Positions 14,825-28,715 of a DNA stretch of 64,000 nt are shown piece after piece (position 1 is the first letter of the stretch; every line of letters starts with the position of its first letter). This DNA comes from Geosiphon pyriformis uo1 (Eukaryota > Fungi > Glomeromycota). Below the pieces are notes generated by a model that worked only from the letters and a program-made list of their open reading frames with translations, did no database searches and was not told where the DNA came from. The DNA is taken from assembly GCA_016748015.1 (NCBI GenBank), contig JAAOMT010000648.1:248001-312000 (forward strand), given 5' to 3'. A program made the position numbers and the translations under genes.

Positions 14825-15601
14825 CGTCAATAGAGATAAACATGATTTCAACTGTTAAATTCTGCTACGCCTACTTTTAAAATCAAAATACAGAAATGAT
14901 AATTTTGCTCATTAATTCTGACCTATGACTGATGGATAATGGGTCTCTTGATTTTTTTTTTTTTATCGATCAAACAAAGGATTATCTATCGTATTTAATA
15001 TCCCTTCATTGTTAGAATGTTTGTGATTGACGGATCCGAAATTATCAGATGTCGCTTTGAATCGACCTATTTAGCAAGTTTTTCTAATTGTAATTGAGTG
15101 ATTGAAATTAATCGGTACTATAAATTAATTTTAAACTCCATCAACTCACCCTTTTGCTTTTGAAAAAATGATGATTTTTTTGATTGCCCAAATAAAGATT
15201 TTCTAAATATCTCATAATTGTGCACCGAGTAATCGATAAACCTGAATAACGTCAAATTTCGAAGCAAATTAATGTTTTGTTGATTGGCAATTTTAGAAAA
15301 AGAAATGGCCTTTTATTTTTGAAATTGAGGTAATAATATTTTGTAATAAACATAACTCACCGATCACCCGACCTCAGACTTTAGTGAAATTTTGCTTTTC
15401 AATGATGGAAGCTTTAGATATTCTTTTCCTAAAATAATAAAAAATCTTCCGAGTAAACCAGCTTCTTCTTTGCAGAGTTCAAAAAATTCCTTTCTTGAAA
15501 ACCCACGTTCTCGCTTTAAAGGTCCACAAAAATTGTAACATTTTTGACAAAAATCTCAAAAAGGCAACCGTAAATGATAATCAGAAAAAGTTCTTGCCAC
15601 A

Positions 15602-17031
15602 ATGAGGTTCAATTTTTTTTATATATCTTTAACAGTAAAAACCCAAAATCAATTCGCTCAAAAAGCAAAAAATATTAATAATAAATCCTCAGAAATCATG
15701 CTTAGTGATCACCTCGACCATTTAAAAATCAATGTTTTAGTCATATCATCATTATTACTGATATTTCTCATTGTGCTATCCAAAGATTTTGCCTGTCGAG
15801 AACCTCGTCTAATGCAAGAAAAAACATCTTCACTTTTAAAAAAGCAAAAAGGAAATCCCGTCATCAACTTTTTACCAGATAATAAATCGTCTATTATTCC
15901 AAATTCCACATTTCCCAAGGCTCAACGAATAACGCCTTCCATTATCAAAAGAATACAAATATATCCTTTAGAACGAATCACCGATTTCACTTTGCTGCAT
16001 AAATTACAAAGAGCCGCATTCATAGCAAGTTTGACATATTGTTTAAACGAAGATACCGATGAGGTTTCTCCGAGTATGTTAGGTAAAATAATTCCAAACG
16101 ATTATTTTGCATGACTTGGCTAATTCTTTGCTCACATTTTATCCTAAATTTCCGAGCTTAGCTAAGGCTGAAATTATCCAAGGAAAAGCAATTAACTTTT
16201 TAATCAGAGGAATCGATCCCAATGATCTTGATAACTGGGCATTTCGGACATTTAGACTTGAATCGAATTCGAAATTTTTCGAACCTAATGGTGTTAATGG
16301 ACGATTGGAAGCTACATTTTCCCAACAAATGTATCTAGCCTGGGAAAAAATGGATGAGAAGTTAAAAAAGTCCTTAAAGGAAATGAATCCTTATAATTTA
16401 ATTGAACGCAATAAAATAAATTTGATTGGTCATAGTTTGGGAGGAGGTTAGGTGGCCTCATTTTTCTTAATTTTGAGCTTATATGCAGTAGATCTAGCCG
16501 TTTGAAAAATAATTATTTATTTATTTGATCAGTATACGCTGTACTTGCTGGGGTTAAATGGGCAATAAATATGCCAGATGTCAAGTTCACGGTGTATACA
16601 TTCGGGCAACCTCGTTTAGGAGATCTCGAATTTGCTAAAACGATCAACATGCTCACTAGAAAAAATCTTGGTATTTATCGAGTAACTCTGAACGATGACT
16701 CTATTCCAAGGTTACCGTTGGACAATATACCACAAATTTTTCATCATCATCAAACTGAATATTGGATATCACGGGAGTGCAATTGTAATGGCGATCCGGT
16801 TGTATACAGGTGTATTGGTACGGTCATAGATCCCTCGACTGGTTATGTTCGAGAAAGTCGGGTAGGTTATTAAAAAAGAGACGTGATTTTGAGAATCATG
16901 AAATTTTCAAATGGCAAATATTAAAAAATTACGTTTAATAGGATTGCAACAATCGTTACACAACGCCAACAACATTATCACATAATGGGCCCTATTTTGG
17001 ACACACCATGGGTTCTTGTCCTTCTTTATAA
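15602..17031 (+). CDS. L6: class-3 lipase with intact Ser-Asp-His triad (GHSLGG)
   Basis: SLTYC, LIGHSLGG (Ser codon AGT 16434-16436), TFGQPRLG, NDDSIP, CNC, SHNGPYFGHTMGSC; start could be Met at 15698. Confidence 0.92.
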
Positions 17032-18240
17032 TGATCTTATTTTGTTTCCAAAAAATATCCTATAGTATATCACACATTGGATAAGATTTAAAAAAATAAT
17101 AGATAAATTTTGAAGGTAAAAGAAGCTTCAAAGATGTCTTTTGAAAAATGTTGCAAAGTGCATAGCGAATTTTGTGTAACAAGCGATTATACTCAAAAAA
17201 AAAATTAATAATTCCATTTCGTAGACAACTTTTAGATATTAAGATTTTTATTTTTATGGGAAACAAAATAAGGATGTGTTGATATCTTGAATATTTTAGA
17301 TAGGTGGGGGATAAGTTGGAATAAATTTTGTTTGAAATATGTGATTGATATTGATTTGGAAAGGAATCAAATTGAAGAGCAAGGCTTTTGGTAATTTTGG
17401 CTGCCAATTATCAAGATTAGAAATATTAAAAGTATTGTTTTGAAAGACAAATTGGTGAATATTTTCTTCATTTGTTTATAAATAACAAAGGTTTAATAGT
17501 TTTGGGAATTACCTTCATTATTTATAGTATTTCAATGCAAAATATTGAATTTTGAGCTACGAAAATGTTTAATTTGAGTTAATAACCCAATAAAGGGCTG
17601 TAAATTACTAAAATTTATGTACTTTGCAAGTCAAGGTTTTTTTTTTTTTGGGGGGGGGGGCTAATTATGAGAAAGTTGAGTTGATTTATTTAGAACAATC
17701 ACGTGTAGTTAACAGATACCTGATAAAATCAAAGCAACATCCACATAAATGTGATAGACTTGATTTCCACTATTTCCAAAGTGGAATTAATTTCAGCTTC
17801 ACATTAAAAATGAATCTGTCGGTCAAGGAGCGTACCAAGGAAAAGTTAATCTACTTCTGATGTTAGGGTGAAATGTTCGTCGCAAGAAGATTACGGGGGT
17901 CAAAATGTTCATAAAAATTCTTTGTATTTGCAAAAAATTGCTACTAAACTAGATACAGAGTGAGTAAACATTTCATGTCCCACGGTTGGCAAACATTTAA
18001 AATCACTTGGATATACCAATTACTACCTCCTCAATGCTGACGAAAATTCACTTTAATAATAAACAACTAAAAAAATTTTTATTTTATGATACAGCATTTC
18101 AAACAAGTCGAAAATCTGTGTACAATCATTATGTTGATCAATTTAGTCGCAGTTGATAAATTTTATATCTTTATATCAATAAAATCAGGAACTGTGATCA
18201 AATTTGTGTATTCGTCCAAGACAATTTTATGTAAATCATT

Positions 18241-19202
18241 ATGAATTCTGAAGACACCAGTTCAATCCCCCCTCTGAATATTCAAAAATTACATGATTAT
18301 TTTCATTATGAAAATTTTGGTACAGACTCAAAAATCATTACCAAATGGGTTCAAATCATTATAGAATCTTACAACGAACCTCAGCGTCATTATCATACTT
18401 TAAGGCATATCGACAGGATGTTGACACTGTATGAAGAAGTCAAAAATCAAATATTAGATAAAAGAGCTTTTATTTTAGCAATTTTCTTTCACGAGTAAAT
18501 TATGAAATTTCATATCACTCAAAATTTTTTGAGTACAAAAACTGAGTACAAAAAACCTTGCTAATATATTCTTATGTTTTATTGGGCTCAAGTATCATTT
18601 ATGATCCAAGAAAATATACAGATAACGAGGAAAGAAGCAGTAAATTATTTCAACAATATGCAAATGAAGTTCAATTGGTAAAATTACTTGTAAAGATCAA
18701 AGTCAAAGCAAAAAAGAAACTATACTTAAAATGGTCTTCTATTCAGTCTTCCTCGGATATTGAGAAGGTTTCACTTTACATTTCTGCAACAATAAGACAT
18801 GAGATGGTCAAAGTTCCAAAAACTTTATTTTTGGCAAGAAAACCAGATTTCGAGAAAGATATAGAACTTTTTTTGGATTTGGATTTGGAAGTCTTGAGTT
18901 GGGATGCAGCTGGTTTGTTCAAATCTTTAAGCCTTTGATATATATATATTATTATAAGAATGATTTTGTTTCCTTTCCACAATTTTCATGCAGATTATGA
19001 TAAATATTCAGAGCAAATACGACAAGAATATATTCAATATTCATATAAAGATTTTGCAGCTGGCCGAGTGAATATACTTGAAAAGTTTTTGAAAAGAGAA
19101 AGAATCTACTTTTCGGATGAATTCTATAGCAGACGTGGATGTGAGACGCGTGCACGGGAAAATTTAACAAGAGAGATTCAACGACTAAAGGGAATGATTT
19201 AA
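18241..19202 (+). CDS. Metal-dependent HD-superfamily phosphohydrolase (COG4339-like), 4 exons
   Basis: YNEPQRHYHTLRHI, LAIFFHD|IIYDP, DNEERS, ATIRH, FLDLDLEVL, YSEQIRQEY, ARENL motifs. Confidence 0.9.
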
Positions 19203-20182
19203 AACGCTCATGTACACAAAATTAGGACCATTTTCTCAAGACCGTAAAGAATTTTAAAGATTTTAGTAATATTAATAACCTTAAAATTCCATCCACATGT
19301 TTAACTTTAACTAAATAGTGAATTAAACAAAGACGAATGTCTTTTTTTATTAAAGAGCGAACTGGAAATTCGAAATGTGTACACAAATGGGTAACCAAAA
19401 ATATCTTATTAAAAATGAATTTTAAATAGTAAAAATGAGGTATGTCGACCGCAAAAATTGTGCGCATTATTGAATGGACCGCCAAATTGTGTTAGGAATT
19501 ATCTTAAACGACTAGAATTAACAAAAATATTTATTATTTTAAAAAGAAATATTTTTAATGGTCGAAAATCTATTATTAATAAAAAAATCCAGGAATAAAA
19601 AAGATGTCAAAACATCTGCTTACTGCCGGAATCCACATCTAAAATCTAAACTCCTATGTCCTTCTAGAACTTTAACGAAAACTCTGAAAAGAAGCAATAT
19701 TAAATCATGATTAATAAGGTAAACCCGAATCAAACGGCTAAATCGGGCTAGAAGCTACAAGCATTGGATCAAAGAGAATTGGCGACGCGTTCTTTATGGA
19801 AATTTTCGTGTACGGGATGTACCCCTCATGTATCACTGGTGAAGCATATGGAAGCCAATGATTATGACCGCGAAAGAAATAGTTCAGTAATATAACGCTT
19901 CAATTCACAAGTGCAAGACTCCAAGATAATCTTAGAATTGTGAGTTTGGAATGACATAGATCTTGGTTCAATAGAAAATATGTGGAAATAGACCATTCTT
20001 CAATTTATTGACTCAATCTTAAAGAAATGGTTATGCGGACCAATGGTAGACGTTTATTTTTCAATAATAATCGCACATAATCAGTTAAATTAAACTCACA
20101 GGCCACACGATTTTTGTCCTATCTTGTTTCAACCCATAAAGGTCTCGTTTGGGTAGATAACCTTCCTCTCATTTCTAATATA

Positions 20183-22641
20183 ATGACTGACCAAACTGAA
20201 AACTCGACAAGTCAACTTGTTTTTCCTGAAGTAACGCACTTTTTCCTTGAATTAAATAAAAACAACACAATACTTTTCAACTAACTTCTAGTTTTATGAT
20301 TTAGATAACTAAAAGTCATAAAGCACCTTATCTAAGCCATATATCACTTATTTTATTGACCCATCTTGGTGAATGGGTTCCAGGTTTATCAAAAATTTTA
20401 TTTCATAACTCTGGCTTAACCTCGTTGAGAAGCCTAAACTTTGAAGAGCGACCTACATTGATTCCACTTCCTTTGCCTAAAGAAAAGTTTGGTGTCACTG
20501 AGGTTATTATCATGTCAGTTATTCTTGCATTCATTTGCTTTTTAATAATTTTCCCGCGCTTTTAAGTATTAATTTGTCTCTTATTCAAAGACTCTCATTC
20601 AAGGCTTGGAAATTTTTGATCAAAAAAGTTCAAGCTATGATCAAAATGGATCTACTGGTTTTTTGACAGTTTGGCACTTACGTGAAGCATACCTTAATGC
20701 AAAAACTACACCTTTAAAAGCAAGTATTAAATTATGTTCTTAGAATGTAAATTTAAATTATAATTTAACTGAATACTATGGCCCTTTCTCTAGGTTGCTG
20801 AAGATTTGCTTCAAAAGATCGAAATAGCTCACAACTCTACCCAGAGTTATACTTCATTAGGTGGCTTTCACATATATGACCGGGAAGATATTCTAAAACA
20901 AGCTGAAGCTTCAGCTACACGCTATGCACAAAGGAAATCACTTGGGCCACTTGATGGTATCCCTATTGGAATTAAGGATGAGATTGACGTGAAGGGATAC
21001 GAGACACGAGTTGGAACCTCATTCATTAACCTTGGCCATAAGGCTCAACGTGACGCATTTGTAGTGGAAAGATTAAGGGAGCATGGGGCAATAATTTTGG
21101 GGAAGACTAATATGCATGAGTTTGGATTGGAGTAAGTTTACAATCATTCTTTTGGGACACTTCTCGACTTTATTATTGATCCAATTTTTATAATTCTTTT
21201 GTTAAGTATTACTGGCAATAATCCTGTTGCCATTACCCCAAGAAATCCATATAATCAAAAGCATTATTGTGGTGGATCTAGTGGTGGTAGTGCTGCGATT
21301 GTTGCTGCTGGTTTGTCCCCAATAGCTATTGGATGTGATGGTGGTGGATCAATCAGGTATATTACCGAATTCATTTATAAAAGTTCTCTTTCAAATAATT
21401 AAATCTAATTAATAAATTGGTTATTCCTAATTTTCATAGATTGCCGTCAGCCTTCTGTGGTATTTACGGATTGAAACCGACTTGTGGGAGAGTATCCTCA
21501 AGGGGAATATGTATCAAATCACATTTCATATAAAACCTTTATTTAAGCGTTGATTGGTACAGTCTTTCTTTTTATTGAAATAACTTCACGATTCTCATTT
21601 AGATCCTTTATGTTGGTCTGTTGGTTCAACTGGTCCAATGGCTGCGAGTGTTGATGATTTAGCTTTAGCATACTATGTAATGGCAGGGAAAGATCCAGAG
21701 GTAGGTAACCTTTTTTTTTGAATATCTCGATCTCCACCAATCCTTCATTGATTACTAAACTCATAATAGGACACGAATACCTATTTTCAACCTTCTCCTT
21801 CTCTCTATGGCTTTTATATGACAAACACCTTATCAGATTTAAGAATTGGTATATTTCCAGCTTGGAATTACCAGGTGAAAGATTCTGAAATTTCCGCGGC
21901 GCTTGAAGAATTCAAAAATGCATTTCAACTTCGTGGAGCTGAATTTATCGAAATTGACATTCGCGAACTAGAACAAGCTCGAGTGGGTCATCTTATATCC
22001 ATCGGCTCTGAAGTGAACTCATCTATGAAAAGATTCAAAAAGGAGATGCATAAAATCAGTTATCCAAATAGAGCTACCCATTTGGTCTTGGATCATATTA
22101 CAGCTAGCGTAAGCACAGATCTAGTATTTTGTAAACTCCTTCCTAAAAAAAATGAATTTAACTAATTGTTATCCATCTTGATTTACTAGGATTACAGTTG
22201 GGTATAGAATAATGGAATTTTTTATTCAAAAAGGTTTCTACAATTTATTATCTCTTTTCTTCACTAGTTCAAGCTCAACAAGTTCGTACGCGGGTTATGG
22301 AACATCTCATGAGTATCTTCTCAGATGTAAATCTCATACTTACCCCTTCTTCGGGAATTACTGCACCGTATATACACCCTTACGCTTTGCGCCATGGTGA
22401 ACTGAATTCCTCAGTTACTGCGGATGCTATGCGATTTGTTTCTTTGGCAAATTTTACCGGTATACCTGCGATTAGTGTGCCAGCGGGTTACGATGCAAAA
22501 GGATTGCCCATTGGATTACAATTTATAGCAAAATGGTATGATGAAGCAACGTTATTAAGGGCTGCAAAAGTATCGGAAGAAATTTTAGGTAGTAGAAGAC
22601 GGAAGCCAAGTGAGAGCCGATGGTTTGGTGATTGGTTGTAA
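20183..22641 (+). CDS. Amidase-signature family enzyme, fatty-acid amide hydrolase (FAAH)-like, many exons
   Basis: [10 protein letters not shown] (catalytic Lys), [67 protein letters not shown]; Lys-Ser-Ser triad intact. Confidence 0.93.
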
Positions 22642-23813
22642 TCGGAAAATAATTTATCTTGCTAAATTGATGAAACTTGTCGTTACCAATATTCCTAAAG
22701 ATTTATTTATTCCATAAGCCAAAATCTATAGGGGTTAATTGTTACCTGTTAACTGCATAATATTTTAATTTTCATAATCATCTTAAAATAGCAGAAAATG
22801 GGATCATTTGATTTCCTCCGTTTACGTAATAAGAAGCTGCTGATCATGATTCGCAGCTTTTAGATCAATTTCTCCATCATTAAAGACTTGACAGTTGATC
22901 CATTCCCTCGGTAATATGAGGATCTTAGGCAAAAGTAGATTTTTGGATTTACTCTCACTATGCCGTGGGATTTAAATATTACAGGTTCCATCTGTAAATA
23001 CAAACAAGATCGTATTTGCAAATACTGATTACAAGAATAAATCTACATCTAACCATTTACCATTGAATTTTGGCTCCCCAATCTTTGAATAAAAGATTTT
23101 AAACCTAGTTTTTTTGGCCAATTATTCTCTCCAAATTTGAATCAAGCAATGGGCGCAAGTTTTTTTGTATGCCTAAATTTTGTTGAACAGGAAACTTTCC
23201 ACATGAAAAGCCTTGTTTGCCTTCCAACTTATTTTGGTTTGATATTTGAAATTAGTGCCAGTGGCACAAAAAATTGACTTCATTTCTTTTTCATAAATGA
23301 GATTTATAATGAAAGCGCCGAAATATCTTTTAAAGCAAAAAAAATAAAAAGATTTATTAATCAGGTATAATTAATTTTTGTTTTTTAGATGATTTAATAC
23401 ATCAAAAAATCCAAAGTAACTACTAATTTAACAAAAATTCTGTTAAGGCTGAAATAGGAAAAACCATGTCTTTTCGCTCTCTTTCCAAACTTCCTGATTA
23501 TCACTACATCAAATAGTAACGCGATCTAAATATTTTCCACGTATTTATTTTGATTATCAGGTTAATCAAAAAAAACATAAAATTTTTGCCTTTTTTTTAT
23601 GTTAGCAGAAAACTCCTCTAAATTCTTATACGTTTCGTAATTCTGACCTCCCAAAAATTCAATATATTTCATAGACCTCCGTCCACATGTATTATAATTT
23701 TTTTTTCCCAGCTTATTATTCGATTTGTCCTTTAAGATATTTTCAATGCATAGCACGATGCACCCGACATTTTTTCATGATTTTTTTTTGAAAAAAGAAT
23801 TTATGTTTCTAGA

Positions 23814-25263
23814 ATGCTTTATATAGGATTAATGACAATGTGTCTATCACTTCATTTGTTTCTCGTATCTTTTAATGTTCAGCGAGAGTATGCAACTATA
23901 TCATTACTCAGAAATGATAGCTTGTCAATACCAAAGAGTAATTTATACCTCCCTCATCAAACTGACATCCCTTCCTTACAATTCGAGCATGGCATAACTT
24001 ATTCAATAATATTATCTGAATTTACGCGTTGGATGAATTCTTTTGAACATGGTGAAAATTTATCACCACAAAAGAACTTTTCTAGGCGAAGTTATGACAC
24101 CAAATCAGCAATATATTCGTCTATTTCCCTTGGGAGCCGGAATCCACCTAATCCTCCACTTGTACCAGTGACAGAAATTAAAATTTACGGTCTTTTAGCC
24201 AGAATGGCCAAATATGCTAATTCGCCACATTGTGGTTCTATTTTAAATCACAAAACATGGCGGGGAAAAGAAATTGTTTCACCAATGGGTACGAATCAGA
24301 TATATGAATGCAACATTTTTTTATAAAAAAATTTCTGGCTTTAATCGGCTCAATTAGGTGATGTCAGGATTGACTTTCCAACTGGTGATATTGTCGCGTA
24401 TTTTGGTGCTAAGAGGATGGATGTTGGATATGTTTTGACTAGCCCACCAGTACTCATTTCATATAGAAATATACCAGATGCTCGGGTTCATAAGGAGTGG
24501 TTTGAAGAAACAAACGTTCTTCTACAGAAGATCTCACCATTAATTATCGGAGCAATAATAAATCGAAAAGCTTCTGTCATTCGCTTACGTTTCACTGGTC
24601 ATGGAGTTGCGGGAGGTATTTAATTGAATTTCGGCTTCAAATATAATTCTAAACCTAACTCTTTGTAATTGCAATTAGCGTACGCATTATTAGCTGGTCT
24701 TTTATGGGCAGAATTTTTGCGATCAGAGAAAATAAAACCCAAACTAGGAGGGAAAACACTAAAACTTGCCGTAGTCACATTTGGACAACCTCGTGTCGGA
24801 AATCATTACTTTGCCAATTACGTGAATCAAATAATGGGTAACAATTTATATCGAGTTACCTATCGAAATGACTTTATCCCACAATTACCTCCAAGGAAAG
24901 AATTTGATGCCGGATTTATTCACCATGAAGTAGAATATTGGATTTCGGATCCAGATTGTGATTGTCTGAATAGTGGAAGATATCCTGGTAGTTCTGCAAA
25001 TTACGATATCTTTGAGTGCCGAGGAATTTGGGAACATGATCGTGGAAAAGCTGTCAGGGAAAACCAGGTATTTATTTTCGAATTTCAACGAGATAAAAAT
25101 TCTCAAAATATGTAAAAATCTCACATCTTTTAATTAAATACGTTACTGATTTTAGGATTGCAATTCAGGAGTTTCGCAAGCTGATTTCAGTGTTCATAAT
25201 GGCCCTTATTTCGAAACAGTAATTCATGATTGTCGCTCATATTCACCGGTAGTTTTTATGTAA
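23814..25263 (+). CDS. L7: class-3 lipase-like protein, Ser->Gly (GHGVAG)
   Basis: Signal-like N-terminus; ANSPHC; FTGHGVAG|AYA; TFGQPRVG; RNDFIP; CDC; VHNGPYFETVIHDC; stop 25261-25263. Confidence 0.9.
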
Positions 25264-25501
25264 ACGCTTCAAATGGATTAAAAAAAGTACTTTGAATCAG
25301 ATAAATTATTGTTCAATAAAGTGTGAAAAACCAATGATTTTTGATGTTTTCTTAATGCGTTTTTAACCTTAAAAGTCTATATAACAAAAGCGTGACTATA
25401 AAACCTTGTTTGCAAGCAAAATATGGCCATAATTAATAATCAAACTCGAAAGTTGCAATAATTCTCGGATATAGGGAGTTTGTTATTTTATCCATGTTAT
25501 T

Positions 25502-25970
25502 TTACTCCTCATTATTTCTGCAATCATTTAATCCTGACTCCGAAATATGTGCAGCTACCCTCACTTGTTCTGGTCCATTCTGACTTAGGTTGCATTCCTT
25601 AGGATATAATAGAGATAAGGTTTTTAAACTTTTTTTAAAGTCTTTTTTTGATGATACTGATGGCTTAACATTTTTGAAGTTTTCCGTTCCATGATTCCCA
25701 GGAAAAAATTGAGAATCTTCGATATCACTTTGGTTAATATTTTGAATGTTTGTTTTTGTCCAACTTTTAGATAATTGGATTGCTTGGATACATATCTTAG
25801 AACTACTATCGATATAAACAGAATGATTGTTAAATAAATGATAAAAGAGTTTGTTGAATTTGGCAATTATTGGGGCGTAATCTTTTTCTGAACAAAGTCC
25901 AAAGATCAGGAAATTTTTAGCCTCAACTAAAAGGTTCTGATTTAGGGAACACAGAAAAAATTGATTTCAT
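25502..25970 (-). pseudogene. Internally deleted lipase-like relic (N-terminal exon fragment next to a damaged terminal exon)
   Basis: Hydrophobic segment FIIYLTIILFISIVVL followed after an AG acceptor by ECNLSQ..AAH, then YFGVRI in a shifted frame and NDC; no core exons between; no clean ATG-led frame. Confidence 0.6.
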
Positions 25971-28715
25971 CAGTTTGAAAATCTCATACTAAACTTGTAA
26001 TATATACAACATTTTCCAATAAATCTTTTGAAGCTTAATCCACAAATTTCTCAGCTGTTGAGTTAAAGCGAAGCTGATTAAGATATTTGACACATACAGA
26101 AAAGTTAAGATATAACTGTAAGAAGATTTTTTTTTACTATGTATGAAAGTATTTTATTAAAATATGATAGCATATGCAGTATTGGAAGCTGATATATATT
26201 ACATCTCTTTAAAAATTATTCATTTTTTGATTAAATAGTTTTTATATTGACACCATTTAATAAATTTAGATATTTTATTTATGAATAATCAAGAAATAAT
26301 TTTACGAGTTAATTAACGATGGGACTACGCTTGCAAGGTAAGCCTACAAATTAAACACTTATGAATAAACCTTTTAATGTATTCTTTTTTAATTTGAGTA
26401 GGGTAAACGATAAAAACATAGGTGATAAATTTTTTCCTCTATTAATCAAAAAATACACTAAATATTTATTTTTGTATTGAATCGCATAAATTATAATTTT
26501 ACTAATAAAAATCAATCGGGAAGATATTATACAAATTTTGATATTCCCTGTGGTGATAATAGAAGATCCATTATTAATTTGAATTGCTGAAAAAGAACAA
26601 AGAAAATGATTTAATTTTTTCACCTCTTTACAGATCAAAGTAACATCTCATTCAATGAATAAGTTTTATCTTCAAATTGTTCCCAATTTCAATCTTTTTA
26701 ACCATATTTATTTCTTGGAAAATGAATTTTCTACCCCAAATTTAACTTGATTACCTCTATGGTGATTTTTTTTACACTTATCCAGCTTTCAATTAGTTAA
26801 AATAATGGTTAGCTGTGGCCAATATCAAATATTAAACGAAACATATTGTTAGATGCTTAGAGTTTCAAGGTTCATAAAAACCATAAAATTTTTTATCATC
26901 ATAAATTCTTTAGAGTTGGTGACTTTAATTTTATAAAAAATTAAAGAATGGCTGAAATTCAACAATAAATGAAATTCAAACAAAGAAAATAAAATGATAA
27001 ACATACAATCAATGTCTTATTGAAATTAAATATAAAATGAAGTTATAACTGATTTGTTTAAAAATATTTTTTACAAATTTATTATGAATTGCAAAAAATT
27101 AAAGATAAAAAATTTATTTCAAAAATTTTTTTTTTTTAAAAAATACTTTTTAATATTGAATCTTTTTTGAAAAAAAAACTTGAATATAATAATTACTTAT
27201 TATAAATTATTTTGATGAATTTTACTTTTATATACCTAAACCACTTGAAAATATAAATTAAAAACTAATGTTTTTTATTTTATATTAATTAATTTTTTTC
27301 AGAAAAGTAAAAATCAAAAGTAATTATATTGAATTCAAATGTACATACATTATAATTGTTTATAATACAAGTAAAATAATTATTGAATAGAAAAAAAATG
27401 CAATTGATTTATTTTGTAATGTATATAAAAAGCTTCAAAGTAAACATAATATTATTCATGAAAAAAAAACCCCCCATTTAAGCATTACATTTATTTATAA
27501 TTTAACAATTTAAATTTTTTAATTATAAATTGTAAATTTTCACAAAAAATCTATTTATCTTTTAGATAATATTATCATAAGCTGGCTAAATAACTTTGTA
27601 AAAACTATTTTAAGGAATAGTTAAACATGAGCAACAATGTATTGTTTTTTAAGACCCCTAGAGCTATGTAAACATTATTACATTTTTCGCTTTTGCTAAC
27701 ATTAAATTAGGAATGTGTTGGTTTTAATGTATGCGTTTTCAATGGAATTCTCCTAAAATTTATTGAATCGTGTCAATTTCTGTTCTGAACAATAATTAGT
27801 CTCTTAAGTTTTTGTTCATAAAATTACTAGATTGATCAAATTTCCTTTCCAGGAATACAAATATTTGATCAAAAATATTAATGCCACAAAATACGGGAGT
27901 CGAGAAAATCTTTTAAATGTTACATGTGTATTACACTAATTAGAAAATAGGATCTTTATTTAGTTTTGATTAGGAAAAAGATATTAAGACAAATATTTGT
28001 TAAATATTTCCATTTACACCAGTTTATTTGTAATATTTAACCATATTCATTCACTAAAATCTAAATTATCATAAAAATTCACAGAATGAGTTCTGCATGG
28101 ATATTAGATTCTCTAATTAATATCAGATTCTTTAAAATATATGATCGAAAAGCTTATTATAATTTGTTTGTTTGGGTTATAAATTTAATTGAATTTGGCT
28201 TTTAAGGTCACTCTAACAAAAAGAAATAATAGGGATTTATTTATCAAGGAGACTTATTAGGTGAATTTCATCGGCATCAAGTTTCCCAAGTCCTTTTCAC
28301 GAATTTTCATAGGCCTAGAATTTTTCAAAAGAACAATTAGGTCATCAAATGGAAAGTTTTTTTAATCGTCTTGTATTTTTTTTTAGTGAAAATATGATAG
28401 ATTTATTTTTCCTCTAATATGATCTTAAACAATTCTAAAAAGAAATGAATGGCGACAAATTGGAAATCCAATTTTCCAGACATTAAATAATGATAATTAC
28501 TATATGTACCACGCTTATTTTTTTTTAAACTAAAAGTTTGGGAATAAGCCTGCCTGACTAGAATTGAAACGTTTCAGCCGTTTCTGTAAATAATCATCAT
28601 CTTAATCTATATTTTTACTCTTAAATAAGATAGAAACTTGATGGGGAAAATTATAATTACATGAGAATGGCAATACAATAAAATGTTCAAACTTGTTCTG
28701 AATAAAAATCTAAAT

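Noticed and set aside
3052-19202. Recent bacterial horizontal transfer of the UPF0014 and HD genes
   Set aside because: Both have multiple spliceosomal introns and host-like composition, and both families occur in eukaryotes.
21548-21556. Second amidase micro-exon (AG|CGTTGATTG|GT)
   Set aside because: Direct splicing 21511-21603 gives RGIYPLCWS, which fits the amidase consensus; the micro-exon would need a 37-nt intron.
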